DNA from: Myxococcota bacterium
GTDB taxonomy: Bacteria; Myxococcota_A; UBA9160; UBA6930
Length of the DNA stretch: 64,000 nt
Assembly: GCA_965223415.1 (NCBI GenBank)
Contig: OZ245002.1
Coordinates: 896,001-960,000, forward strand
Reading direction: 5' to 3'
In this document: positions 1 through 9,106 of the stretch, piece by piece
Numbering within the stretch: position 1 is the stretch's first letter
Layout: every line of letters begins with the position of its first letter
Notes under the pieces: model-generated
The model's input: only the letters and a program-made list of their open reading frames with translations
The model's database searches: none
What the model was told of the DNA's origin: nothing
Program-made: the position numbers and the translations under genes

Positions 1-87
1 TGGTACGAGCGCCTCGCCGAGCGCCCCGCCTACCGGGAGCACGTCATGCGGCCCTTCGACGAGCTGCGCGGGCGCAGGGATTTCTGA
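1..87 (+). CDS. C-terminal fragment of probable glutathione S-transferase (runs off window)
   Basis: Frame 1 reads WYERLAERPAYREHVMRPFDELRGRRDF*, resembling GST C-terminal helices (WYERL..RPA). Confidence 0.6.
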   Translation, partial: WYERLAERPAYREHVMRPFDELRGRRDF

Positions 88-89
88 GC

Positions 90-182
90 GTGAAGCACGC
101 CCGCGCGGAAACCCTTTGCCAGCTCGGCCCCGTCCTGCGCGAGCTCCGTCGCCTCGAAGCCCGGTGGCTGCGGAAGGCCTAA
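90..182 (+). pseudogene. 30-aa ORF MKHARAETLCQLGPVLRELRRLEARWLRKA; possible truncated remnant of a small hypothetical protein
   Basis: GTG 90 to TAA 182 fills the gap after the GST stop; N-terminus recalls an uncharacterised MKHA..L..L.P.L..LR family (from memory). Confidence 0.3.
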
Positions 183-1075
183 CGACTCCCCGCTTCGGCC
201 TTCCGGGTGTGGCCGCCGATCGCCTGGGCGAGGGTCCCGAACAGGCCCGGCGGAACGTCGTGCCCCATCCCGGGGATCTCGAGCAGCTCCGCGCCGGGGA
301 TCGATGCGGCAGTGTCGCGGCCGCCTTCGACCGGAACGAGGGGATCGTCCAGCCCGTGGATCACCAGGGTGGGCGCCGCGATGCGCTTCAGCTGGGGGCG
401 GCGATCTCCGTGGCCCTGGACCGCGGCGAACTGGCGGGCAATGCCGGCCGGATCGAAGGCACGGTCGAAGCAGCGTCCGGCGAGCTCGCGGGTGGCGTCG
501 GGATCGGGCGGGTAGCCGGGGCTCCCGAACACACGGGCGTTGCGCAAGGCGGCCTCGACGTAGGCGTCGCGCTCCTCGGGGGACGGCGTCAGCAGCGCCT
601 CGAGTGCGGCGGGGGTCGGGCCGGTCAACGCCGGGTTGCCGGTGCTGGCCATGATCGGCACCAGGCTGCGGACGCGCTCCGGATGCCGATAGCCGACGAC
701 CTGGGTGATCATGCCGCCCATCGAGATGCCCGCGATGTGGGCGCTCGCCCAGCCGAGCGCGTCGAGCAGGCCCGCCACGTCGTCGGCCATGGCGTCGAGG
801 GTGTAGGGCACGGGCGGCGGTGTGCCCTCGCGCACCGCTTGCATCACGGCGCCCAGGTCCGGCGTGCCGGCCTCGTGCAGGTGCGTGGACAGGCCGACGT
901 CCCGGTTGTCGAACACGACCAGCTGGTGGCCGGCCTCCACCAGCGCGCGGCAGAAGGCCGGATCCCATTGGATGCGCTGGGTCCCGAGGCCCCGGAGCAG
1001 GACGAGGGGGCGGCCTTCGGGCCGGCCGTGGACTTCGTAGTCGAGCTCGACGTCGGCGAGGATGGCGCGCGGCAT
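179..1075 (-). CDS. alpha/beta fold hydrolase
   Basis: GISMGG nucleophile elbow, FDNRDVG, HG.DDPLVP, GMGHD; start taken at MPRAIL (ATG 1075). Confidence 0.9.
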   Translation of the reverse strand: MPRAILADVELDYEVHGRPEGRPLVLLRGLGTQRIQWDPAFCRALVEAGHQLVVFDNRDVGLSTHLHEAGTPDLGAVMQAVREGTPPPVPYTLDAMADDVAGLLDALGWASAHIAGISMGGMITQVVGYRHPERVRSLVPIMASTGNPALTGPTPAALEALLTPSPEERDAYVEAALRNARVFGSPGYPPDPDATRELAGRCFDRAFDPAGIARQFAAVQGHGDRRPQLKRIAAPTLVIHGLDDPLVPVEGGRDTAASIPGAELLEIPGMGHDVPPGLFGTLAQAIGGHTRKAEAGSR

Positions 1076-1175
1076 CGAGGCAGGTTGGCACAGCTCACAT
1101 TCCCGGCGCCGCCCGGATTCTCGCCACCCGGAGCGGTACACTCACGGACCCGGCTTGCCGGGCGGAGGACCCCTG

Positions 1176-2084
1176 ATGAGATGGAAGCGAGGCGGCGGCC
1201 GAAGCCGAAACCTGGAGGATCGAAGGGGCGAGCGGCCCCGGGGCGGCGGGATGCGCATCCCCCTGCCCCGCGGAGGCGGGCTACCCCTGGGCGGACGCAA
1301 GATGGGCCTCGGCACGATCGTCGTGCTGGTGCTGCTGATGTTCGTGATGCGCAGCAACCCCGATCTCATGATGGGAGGTGGGCCCGGCAGCGTGCAGGTG
1401 CCGGGTGGCGCGGGATTCCCCGGTGCGGGCCCGGACGTCACCGCCGGCCCGAGGGGGAGCGCCGGGGAGGAGGAGGCCGTCGAGTTCGTGTCCTTCGTCC
1501 TCGACGACCTGAACGAGACCTGGACCCGCATCGTACCCGCCTATCGCGAGACCCGGCTCGTCCTCTTCCGTGGCGCGGTGCGCTCGGGCTGCGGTGTCGC
1601 CCAGAGCGCGATGGGCCCCTTCTACTGCCCGGCCGACCAGAAGGTCTACATCGACCTGGGCTTCTACGCCGAGCTGAAGCGGCGCTTCGGCGCGCCGGGC
1701 GACTTCGCCCAGGCCTACGTGCTGGCCCACGAGGTCGGGCACCACATCCAGACCCTCAGCGGGCTCGAGCGGCGGGTGCGAAGCGCTCAGCAGCAGAACC
1801 CGCGCCAGGCGAACCAGATCCAGGTGCGCATGGAGCTCCAGGCCGATTGTCTGGCGGGTGTGTGGGGACACTCGACGGCCCGGCGCAACATCCTGGAGGA
1901 GGGCGACGTCGAGGAGGCGATGCGGGCGGCAGCCGCGATCGGCGACGATCGCATCCAGGAGATGACGACGGGGCAGGTGCGCCCGGAGGGCTTCACACAC
2001 GGCTCGTCGGAGCAACGCATGCGTTGGTTCCGGCGCGGCTTCGAGAGCGGCGACCCCAACGCCTGCGCAACCTTCGATGAGTGA
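1176..2084 (+). CDS. ypfJ: neutral zinc metallopeptidase, YpfJ-like
   Basis: MRW..RSRNLEDRRG start, one TM segment, GPFYCPAD, AHEVGHH, ELQADC, THGSSEQR. Confidence 0.9.
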   Translation: MRWKRGGGRSRNLEDRRGERPRGGGMRIPLPRGGGLPLGGRKMGLGTIVVLVLLMFVMRSNPDLMMGGGPGSVQVPGGAGFPGAGPDVTAGPRGSAGEEEAVEFVSFVLDDLNETWTRIVPAYRETRLVLFRGAVRSGCGVAQSAMGPFYCPADQKVYIDLGFYAELKRRFGAPGDFAQAYVLAHEVGHHIQTLSGLERRVRSAQQQNPRQANQIQVRMELQADCLAGVWGHSTARRNILEEGDVEEAMRAAAAIGDDRIQEMTTGQVRPEGFTHGSSEQRMRWFRRGFESGDPNACATFDE

Positions 2085-2721
2085 GATCGCCGCGATCAAG
2101 CAGGAGCTGGTCGCGACGGCCCGTGCGCTGCTCCAGGAAGGCCTGGTCGAGGGAACTTCGGGCAACCTCTCGGCGCGGCTCCCCGACGGCAACGTCGTGA
2201 TGAGTCCGTCGTCCCTCGAGTACGACGTGATGACGCCGGACGACCTCGTCGCGATCGACCTCGAGGGCAAGGTGCTGCACGGCGAGCGGGCGCCCACCAG
2301 CGAGAAGGCACTCCACCTGGCCTGCCTGCGCGACCACGAGGACATCGGCGCGGTGATCCACTCCCACGCCAAGTACGCGACGATGTTCGCCGTGACCCAC
2401 CAGCCGATCCCCTGCGTGATCGAGGAGTTCGACATCTACGTCGGCGGCGAGGTGCCGGTGGCCGATTATCGGCTCACCGGCTCCGGTGAGCTGGGCGACG
2501 AGGTCGCACGCCACGTCGGTGAGCGCGGCGCCGTCCTCATGGCCAACCACGGCCTCCTCACCGTCGGCAAGGACCTGAAGCAGGCCCACAAGGTCGCGGC
2601 CCTCGTCGAGCGCACCGCCGAGATCATCTGGGGCGCCCGCGCCCTGGGACCCCTCGTCCCCCTCCCCCAGGAAACCGTCGACCGCTTCGCCCCCCTCTAC
2701 AAGCTCATGCGCCAACGTTGA
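2077..2721 (+). CDS. class II aldolase/adducin family protein (fuculose-phosphate aldolase-like)
   Basis: GTSGNLS, PTSEKALH, HSH, LMANHG metal-binding motifs. Confidence 0.9.
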   Translation: MSEIAAIKQELVATARALLQEGLVEGTSGNLSARLPDGNVVMSPSSLEYDVMTPDDLVAIDLEGKVLHGERAPTSEKALHLACLRDHEDIGAVIHSHAKYATMFAVTHQPIPCVIEEFDIYVGGEVPVADYRLTGSGELGDEVARHVGERGAVLMANHGLLTVGKDLKQAHKVAALVERTAEIIWGARALGPLVPLPQETVDRFAPLYKLMRQR

Positions 2722-2799
2722 GATAAGGGCCGGTTCCGTTTGTCAAGTTGCTCCCTTTTGGGGAGCAACTTGACAAACGGAACCGGCCCTTGTCTTAAC
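2717..2799. repeat. REP-like long palindrome (GGGCCGGTTCCGTTTGT family)
   Basis: Perfect 31-bp arms 2725-2755 and 2761-2791, 5-nt loop, between convergent genes. Confidence 0.9.
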
Positions 2800-4180
2800 A
2801 TCCGAGCTGGCTGGCGAGGCGGAAGAGGGTGGCTTCGGCGCCGTAGGCGGCGACGAGCTGGATGCCGATGGGGAGACCTTCGGCGGTCTCGTGGAGGGGC
2901 AGGGAGAGGGCGGGCTGGCCGGTGACGTCGAAGGGCATGGTGAAGGCGGTGAAGCCGCCGAGGCGGCCGAGCAGCTCGCCGGGCTCGACGTCGGGGGCGA
3001 GATGGCCGAGGCGCGGCGGCGGGGCGGGGCTCGTCGGGGTGAGCAGGACGTCGAGGCCGTGGGCCCAGGGCTGCTGGGCCTCGCGGGCCCAGGCGTAGGC
3101 CCGCTCCTCGGCGGCGACGTACGCGGTGGCGGTCATCGTGCGGCCCTGGGCGGCCAACAGGGCGTTCAGCGGCTCCACGTCCTCGTCGCGAACGGGCTCG
3201 CCGAGGCGCTCCGACCAGCGCTCCAGGTCCCGGGCGATTCCCGCGGCGACCCAGGGGCCGAACTCCATGCGGCCTCCGCCGGGCATCGGCACCGCGTCCA
3301 CCGCGTGGCCCAGCTCGGCGAGCTGAGCCGCCGTCGCCTCCACCGCGCTCCGGACCTCGGCATTCACCCCCACCACGGGTGACGACGTCACCACGCCGAT
3401 GCGCAGGCGGCCCGGCTCCACAGACGCCTCCTGTGCAAAGGGACGCGCCGGCGGAGGCGCCGTGTAGGGATCGCCGCAGGCCGCACCGGCGATGGCGTCG
3501 AGCACCGCCGCCGAATCCCGGACGCTCCGCGTCACCACGTGCTCGTGGGTGAGGGGGCCCCAGTACTCGCCGAGCTCCGGGCCGAGGCTGCTCCGCGCGC
3601 GCGTCGGCTTGAGCCCGACCAGGCCGCAGAAGCTCGCAGGGATGCGGATCGAGCCGCCCATGTCGTTGGCGTGGGCCGCCGCCACGAAGCCGGCGGCGAC
3701 GGCGGCTGCCGAGCCGCCGCTCGAGCCCCCGGGCGAGTGCTCGGGGCTCCTCGGATTGCGGGTCGCCCCGTAGGCCAGGGGCTCCGTCGTCACGGACATC
3801 GCCAGCTCCGGCGTGTTCGTCTTGCCGACGAAGACGAAGCCGGCCGCGCGGAACCGGCGCGCCAGCTCGGTATCGGTCTTCGCCACGTAGCCCCGCTCCT
3901 TCACGAAGCGCATGCCCGCGTGGAACGGATCGCCCGCCGTGTGGCAGACCGCGTCCTTCACCAGGAACGGGACACCGCGGAAGGGCCCGTCGGGCAGCGC
4001 CGGGTCGACGGCAGCGGCCGTCGCCTTCTCGTCCAGGAAGTGGATCACGGCGTTCAGTTCGGGATTGCGCGCCTCGATGCGCGCGATCGACGCCTCGACC
4101 AGCTCCAGGGGCGTCACGTCCCCGTTGCTGACGTGGGCCGCCTGGGCGGTGGCGTCCAGGTCCAGCAGCTCGTCGGTCAT
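2795..4180 (-). CDS. amidase (amidase signature family)
   Basis: [31 protein letters not shown]; start MTDELL with GGAGG upstream. Confidence 0.92.
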   Translation of the reverse strand: MTDELLDLDATAQAAHVSNGDVTPLELVEASIARIEARNPELNAVIHFLDEKATAAAVDPALPDGPFRGVPFLVKDAVCHTAGDPFHAGMRFVKERGYVAKTDTELARRFRAAGFVFVGKTNTPELAMSVTTEPLAYGATRNPRSPEHSPGGSSGGSAAAVAAGFVAAAHANDMGGSIRIPASFCGLVGLKPTRARSSLGPELGEYWGPLTHEHVVTRSVRDSAAVLDAIAGAACGDPYTAPPPARPFAQEASVEPGRLRIGVVTSSPVVGVNAEVRSAVEATAAQLAELGHAVDAVPMPGGGRMEFGPWVAAGIARDLERWSERLGEPVRDEDVEPLNALLAAQGRTMTATAYVAAEERAYAWAREAQQPWAHGLDVLLTPTSPAPPPRLGHLAPDVEPGELLGRLGGFTAFTMPFDVTGQPALSLPLHETAEGLPIGIQLVAAYGAEATLFRLASQLGC

Positions 4181-4213
4181 GAGCCCTCCCGCGACACAGC
4201 GTATCATTCCGCC

Positions 4214-5197
4214 GTGCCCGGCCCGCCGACCTTCCCCGCCTTCCGCCCGCGCGCTCCCTGGTGGGGCGCGGATCTCCAGACGCTCCGCAACTTCCTCCGC
4301 CCGCCGCCGCCTCATCGGGCCGCCGCCGCCCGAGAGCGCCTTCGCCTACCGATGGCCGACGGCAGCGGCGACCGGCTCGCCGCCCTCCTCAAGCAACCCC
4401 CCGAGCCTACGGCAGACGCTCCCCTCGTCGTCCTGATCCATGGGCTGTCCGGCGACGAGACCAGCTCCTACGTCGAGGCGAGCTCGGCCCACCTGCTCGG
4501 CCTGGGCTTTCCGGCGCTCCGCCTGAACCTGCGCGGCGCGGGCCCGTCCCGCACGACCTGCCGCCTCCAGTACCATGCGGGCCGCAGCGAAGACTTGCGC
4601 GACGCACTGCGGGCGTTGCCGGAAGCCTGGGTGCGAAACGGCCTCTGTCTCGTCGGCTACTCCCTGGGCGGCAACATGCTGCTCAAGTTCCTCGCCGAGT
4701 TCGGCGGCGTCCTTCCGGTGCGCCGCGCGGCCTCGGTCTCCGCTCCGATCGACCTCGCCGCCGCGTCCGCGCGCTTCCTCGACGCCCGCAACCGCATCTA
4801 CCACCTCCACCTGCTACGGCGCATGAAGCAGGAGAGCCTCGGCGAGGGCGCCGTCGTGAGCGAAGACGAGGCGCGCGCGATCCGGGCAGCGAGCAGCATC
4901 CTCGAGTTCGACGAGCGGGTCGTCGCGCCTCGCAACGGCTTCTCCGACGCTGCCGCCTACTATGCGGCCTGTCACGCCCGCCAGTTCCTCGGCGCCATCC
5001 GCGTCCCGACCCTCGTGGTCCACGCCCTGGACGATCCCTGGATCCCGGCGGACGCCTACCGCTCCTTCGCCTGGGCCGACAATCCCGACCTCGTGCCCCT
5101 TCTGCCCCGGGGCGGAGGCCACGTGGGCTTCCACGGAGCGGACTCGCGGGTGCCCTGGCACGACCACTGCCTCGGTGCCTGGCTCTCCTCGGGCTAG
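4214..5197 (+). CDS. YheT-like alpha/beta hydrolase
   Basis: HGLSG, YHAGRSED, GYSLGG, ALDDPWI, GGHVGF; GTG start 6 nt after TATCAT. Confidence 0.88.
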   Translation: MPGPPTFPAFRPRAPWWGADLQTLRNFLRPPPPHRAAAARERLRLPMADGSGDRLAALLKQPPEPTADAPLVVLIHGLSGDETSSYVEASSAHLLGLGFPALRLNLRGAGPSRTTCRLQYHAGRSEDLRDALRALPEAWVRNGLCLVGYSLGGNMLLKFLAEFGGVLPVRRAASVSAPIDLAAASARFLDARNRIYHLHLLRRMKQESLGEGAVVSEDEARAIRAASSILEFDERVVAPRNGFSDAAAYYAACHARQFLGAIRVPTLVVHALDDPWIPADAYRSFAWADNPDLVPLLPRGGGHVGFHGADSRVPWHDHCLGAWLSSG

Positions 5198-5285
5198 GTC
5201 GCCGACCGGCAGGAGCGGAGCCAAGGCCCCGCGAGGCCGGGGCAATCTCTTGGGACGTCCGGCATGCCAAGGGAATGCAGCGCCA

Positions 5286-5294
5286 TGATAGAAT
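5286..5294 (+). promoter_or_regulatory. extended -10 element (TGnTAGAAT) upstream of the propeller-cytochrome gene
   Basis: TGATAGAAT at 5286-5294; TAGAAT also occurs upstream of the paralogue (48777-48782, minus). Confidence 0.45.
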
Positions 5295-5357
5295 GGGGTT
5301 CGCTTTCCGACCGTTCAGGAGCCGACGGGTGCATCGGACCGGCTCCAGGAGGTTCCC

Positions 5358-8276
5358 ATGGCCATGCGTACGCCCACCGTCCGCCGCGGATCCTGGCTGC
5401 TCTTCGCCCTGCTGCTCGCCAGCCTGGTCGCCCTGCCGGGCGCCCAGTGCGGCCACGGCAACAACAGAGAGCTCCCGGGGAGCCAGCTCTTCGCGAGCCC
5501 GCAGACCGAGCCGATCACGATCTCCGCCGACGGCGCGTGGCTCTACGTCGCCCACACGGTGGCCGGCACGGTCCTGGCGATCGAGACCGCCACCGGGAAC
5601 ATCACGACCGTCCGCGTCGGCCTCGAGCCGGTGAGCGTCGAGCTTCGGCCGGACGGCAGCGAGCTCTGGGTCGCGAACCACGTGTCGGACACGGTCACGG
5701 TGATCGACGCGGACGACCAGAGCGCGACCTTCCTCGAGGTCCAGGGCACCATCCAGGATCTCGGCACGGACCTGGTCACGAACTTCGACGAGCCCGCCGA
5801 CATCGCCTTCGCGAGCGACGCCAAGGCCTACGTGTCCCTCTCCTCGACCAACCGGATCGCCGTGGTGGACGTGGCCAGCCGCACGGTGACCGGACACATC
5901 GACATCAGCGCCCAGGAGCCGCGGGCGATCGCCGTCCGGAACGGCCTGCTCTTCGTCGCCGCCTTCGAATCGGGCAACCAGACCGAGATCTCCGTCTGCG
6001 CCCAGCTCTTCGGGACGGGCGGCGTGGGCGATCAGTGCAGCTTGGGCCTGCTCGACCTGGTCACCTTCGTGACGGAGCCGAACGTGCCCGGCGCCACGAA
6101 GAACATCGTGGTGGACACGGACGTCCCGGATCGCGACCTCTTCGTCTTCGACGCCACGAACGAGGCCCCGGTGGACGTGGCGACCGGCCTCGGCACCCTC
6201 CACTACGGCATCGCGGTGGACTCCTCCGGACGCGCCTTCCTCACTCACACCGAGGCGCGAAACGCGGAGAACGGCGACCACGGTGACAACCTCGTCGACC
6301 TGGACAACCGCATCTTCCTGAACCGGATCACCCGACTCACCTGCACCGCCGGTGGCTGCGGCAGCGCCTCGATCTTCGACCTGGAGCCGGCGCCGCCGGC
6401 GGCGATCCCGGCCGGCGACGAGCTGGCGACGCCTTACGGCGTTCGGATCAGCGACGACGACGCTACCGTGGTAGCGACCGCCGCGGGAACGAGCCGGCTG
6501 TTCACCCTCGACGCCTCGAGCGGCGCGGTGCTGGGCATCCTCGATCTCGGCTCCGGGCCGGCCTTTGGCCAGCAGATCCCCCGCGGCGTTGCCCTGGTGT
6601 CCGACGGCACGACCGGCGCCCCGCAGACCGCCTACGTGCTGAACAGCATGGACAGCTCGGTCACGGTCGTGGACGTGACGAATCCGGCGCTTCCGTCCCA
6701 AACGAACCAGTGGAGCTTCGCGGCAGCGGACCCCACCGCGGACGACGTGCGCCGCGGGCGCATCGCCTTCATGAACGCCTTCGCCTCTGACAGCGGGACC
6801 TTCTCCTGCGAGAGCTGCCACCCAGACGGCAACACCGACCAGCTTCTCTGGCGGATCGGCGGTGCCTGCTTCTTCGGCGCCTGCTCGGGAGACGACGAGC
6901 CGCGCACCACCATGCCGGTCCGCGGCCTCCGCAACACGCTCCCCCTGCACTGGGACGGCACCCTCGGCGACCCGATCGGCGGGCCCGACGGCTCGACCAG
7001 CAGCTCCGGGAGCAATCCGGCGGACTGCACGGACGAAGCCAGCTGCTTCCGGCATCTGGTCGACGCGAGCCTCTCCGGCGTGATGTGCGACCAGTCCGCC
7101 GGCTGCCCGAGCGGCGGCCCGCTGACGAGCCAGGAGCGCGACGACATGGCCGCCTTCCTGGCCAGCGTGAGCTACCCGCCCGCCCGCGGCCGGCCGGTCG
7201 ACGACGTCGTGTCCGCCCAGGCCGTCGACGGCTTCGCGGACTTCTTCGTCGACCAGGGCGGCCAGGCCGATCCCAACACCTGCGCCGACTCCGACGCCGG
7301 CTGCCACGAGCTGCCGCTCGGAACCAGCACCAACTCCTCGACCCTCGAGGCCTTCGACGCACCCACCATGCGCGGGATGACGGACCGCTGGCTGCAGTTC
7401 TCGATGGGCATGTCGAACGCCGAGGAGATCCTGGTATTCAACAACTCGCCGATCAACCTGCTCGGCATCGGCACCTCCCCCGGCCTCGAGCCCTCCATCC
7501 AGTGGGACCCGGCCGGCAAGGGCTTCGACGAGATCACCACCTTCGGGGCGGCCTTCGCCGTCTTCGACCCGGTCTACAACGTGCGGCCGATCGACATGTT
7601 CCAGATGTTCGAGGAGGCCAGCACCGGGCTCTCCGGTGCGGTGGGCCGCCAGGTCCAGCTGAACGCGGCGACCACCACGGGCGGCGCGCTGGCGGCGACC
7701 GACGCGCTGCTGACGGCCCTGGAGCAGGCGGACGCGGAGGGCCGGGTGAACCTGCGGGCCTACGGAACCCGCAACGGGTCGGCCACGGATCTCGAGTACA
7801 CGGCGCAGGCCGCCCTCTACCAGTCCGGCCTCGGCACCCTGGACCACGCGACCCTCCTGGCGGAGGCCCAGGCGGGCACGCTGAACGTGACCGCCACCGG
7901 CTTCCTGCGCGGTGGCATGTCCGCCGACGGCTCGCGCCAGCCTCTCCTGGCCACCGACGGCACGGGCGACGGCGCCACCGGCGATCCGCCCCTGCCCCAC
8001 TACCCGGCCGGCACCCCTTCGGATCCCCCGGCGATCACGGTGGACGGCATCGACGTGTCCGAGACGGCGTCGATCTTCGTGGACGGCGTCCCCGCCGCGG
8101 GCACGCTCACCTGCAGCGCGGGGGCGACCAGCGGCGTCTGCAACGCGGGAGACGTGAGCATCGACCTGGACGTCCTGCCCTCGAACGGCCTGCACCTCCT
8201 CCAGGTGCAGAACCCGAAGGGACTCCAGAGCAACGAGCTGCCCCTCTGCGTCGGCAACGCGAGCGGCTGCGACTAG
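5358..8276 (+). CDS. exported YncE-like beta-propeller + CcP/MauG-like cytochrome c + Ig-like tail (paralogue 1)
   Basis: Signal/lipobox-like LPGAQC; YVTN-type repeats (LWVANHVSDTVTVID); CESCH; RGL..PLHWDG; CADSDAGCH; FDAPTMRG; AGGAGG RBS. Confidence 0.8.
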   Translation: MAMRTPTVRRGSWLLFALLLASLVALPGAQCGHGNNRELPGSQLFASPQTEPITISADGAWLYVAHTVAGTVLAIETATGNITTVRVGLEPVSVELRPDGSELWVANHVSDTVTVIDADDQSATFLEVQGTIQDLGTDLVTNFDEPADIAFASDAKAYVSLSSTNRIAVVDVASRTVTGHIDISAQEPRAIAVRNGLLFVAAFESGNQTEISVCAQLFGTGGVGDQCSLGLLDLVTFVTEPNVPGATKNIVVDTDVPDRDLFVFDATNEAPVDVATGLGTLHYGIAVDSSGRAFLTHTEARNAENGDHGDNLVDLDNRIFLNRITRLTCTAGGCGSASIFDLEPAPPAAIPAGDELATPYGVRISDDDATVVATAAGTSRLFTLDASSGAVLGILDLGSGPAFGQQIPRGVALVSDGTTGAPQTAYVLNSMDSSVTVVDVTNPALPSQTNQWSFAAADPTADDVRRGRIAFMNAFASDSGTFSCESCHPDGNTDQLLWRIGGACFFGACSGDDEPRTTMPVRGLRNTLPLHWDGTLGDPIGGPDGSTSSSGSNPADCTDEASCFRHLVDASLSGVMCDQSAGCPSGGPLTSQERDDMAAFLASVSYPPARGRPVDDVVSAQAVDGFADFFVDQGGQADPNTCADSDAGCHELPLGTSTNSSTLEAFDAPTMRGMTDRWLQFSMGMSNAEEILVFNNSPINLLGIGTSPGLEPSIQWDPAGKGFDEITTFGAAFAVFDPVYNVRPIDMFQMFEEASTGLSGAVGRQVQLNAATTTGGALAATDALLTALEQADAEGRVNLRAYGTRNGSATDLEYTAQAALYQSGLGTLDHATLLAEAQAGTLNVTATGFLRGGMSADGSRQPLLATDGTGDGATGDPPLPHYPAGTPSDPPAITVDGIDVSETASIFVDGVPAAGTLTCSAGATSGVCNAGDVSIDLDVLPSNGLHLLQVQNPKGLQSNELPLCVGNASGCD

Positions 8277-8325
8277 GCCCGGACAGCATCGCGACGCCGG
8301 CTGCGACTAGGCCCGGACGGCATCG
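8264..8325. repeat. imperfect tandem duplication (28-bp unit, 34-bp period) spanning two convergent stop codons
   Basis: CGGCTGCGACTAGGCCCGGAC(A/G)GCATCG at 8264-8291 and 8298-8325. Confidence 0.9.
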
Positions 8326-9098
8326 GCGGCGCCGCCGTCGATCGGGACGTTCGCCGCGTTGACGTAGGCGGCGCGCTCGCTGCACAGGAAGGCGACCAGG
8401 GCGCCCACGTCCTCGGGCCCGCCCACGCGTCCGGTCGGGTTCGGCATGAACTCCTCGAGGATCACCTGTTCCACCGAAGCCCGGTCCGTGGACAGGCCGC
8501 GCTCTCGGGCGCGGTCGGCGAAGCGCTCGAGCACCTCGTCGGTGGCGAGGATGCCGGGGCTCACCAGGTTCACGGTGATGCCGCTGCCCGCGAGCTCCTT
8601 CGCCAGGCTGAGGGTCAGTGCGGGCAGGGTCGACTTCGCCGCGTAGTAGTGGGGCATCCGGGACTTCGGGCGAACGGTCCCCACGGTGCCGACGAAGATC
8701 ACCCGTCCGAAGCCGCGCTCGCGCATCCCCGGCACGAGCCGCTGCACGAGGCGCACGCCGGAGAGCACGTTCTTCTCGTACTGGTCGATCCAGTCCGCCG
8801 GCTCGCTGCGCCAGCTGCCGCCCTCGGCGACGCCGTAGTTGTTCACGAGCAGATCCACGGCGCCCACATCCTCGGCGATGGCGTTCGCGCCCGCATCGGT
8901 GCGCATGTCGCCGGCCACGGCGCGAGCATCGCCACCGGCCCCGCGGATCGCCGCAACCACTGCCTCCGCCGGCGCCTCCTCGAACCCGTGAACCCACACC
9001 CGGGCGCCTTCGGCCGCGAGCACCCGCGCGATCCCCGCACCGGTGCCGCGGTAGCTGCCCGTGACCAACGCCACCCGTCCTTCGAGCCCCAGGTCCAT
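8307..9098 (-). CDS. SDR family oxidoreductase
   Basis: MDLGLEGRVALVTGSYRGTG, LVNN.G, YYAAK catalytic motif. Confidence 0.9.
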   Translation of the reverse strand: MDLGLEGRVALVTGSYRGTGAGIARVLAAEGARVWVHGFEEAPAEAVVAAIRGAGGDARAVAGDMRTDAGANAIAEDVGAVDLLVNNYGVAEGGSWRSEPADWIDQYEKNVLSGVRLVQRLVPGMRERGFGRVIFVGTVGTVRPKSRMPHYYAAKSTLPALTLSLAKELAGSGITVNLVSPGILATDEVLERFADRARERGLSTDRASVEQVILEEFMPNPTGRVGGPEDVGALVAFLCSERAAYVNAANVPIDGGAADAVRA

Positions 9099-9106
9099 GG
9101 CTCCCC

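Noticed and set aside
4683..8195. 1170-aa ORF on the minus strand
   Set aside because: Antisense shadow of the propeller-cytochrome gene; no motifs; long stop-free frames are expected at this GC content
5358..8276. Calling the protein hydrazine synthase or cd1 nitrite reductase
   Set aside because: Similarity is architectural only; no hzsA or nir genes nearby, and the domain order differs from NirS
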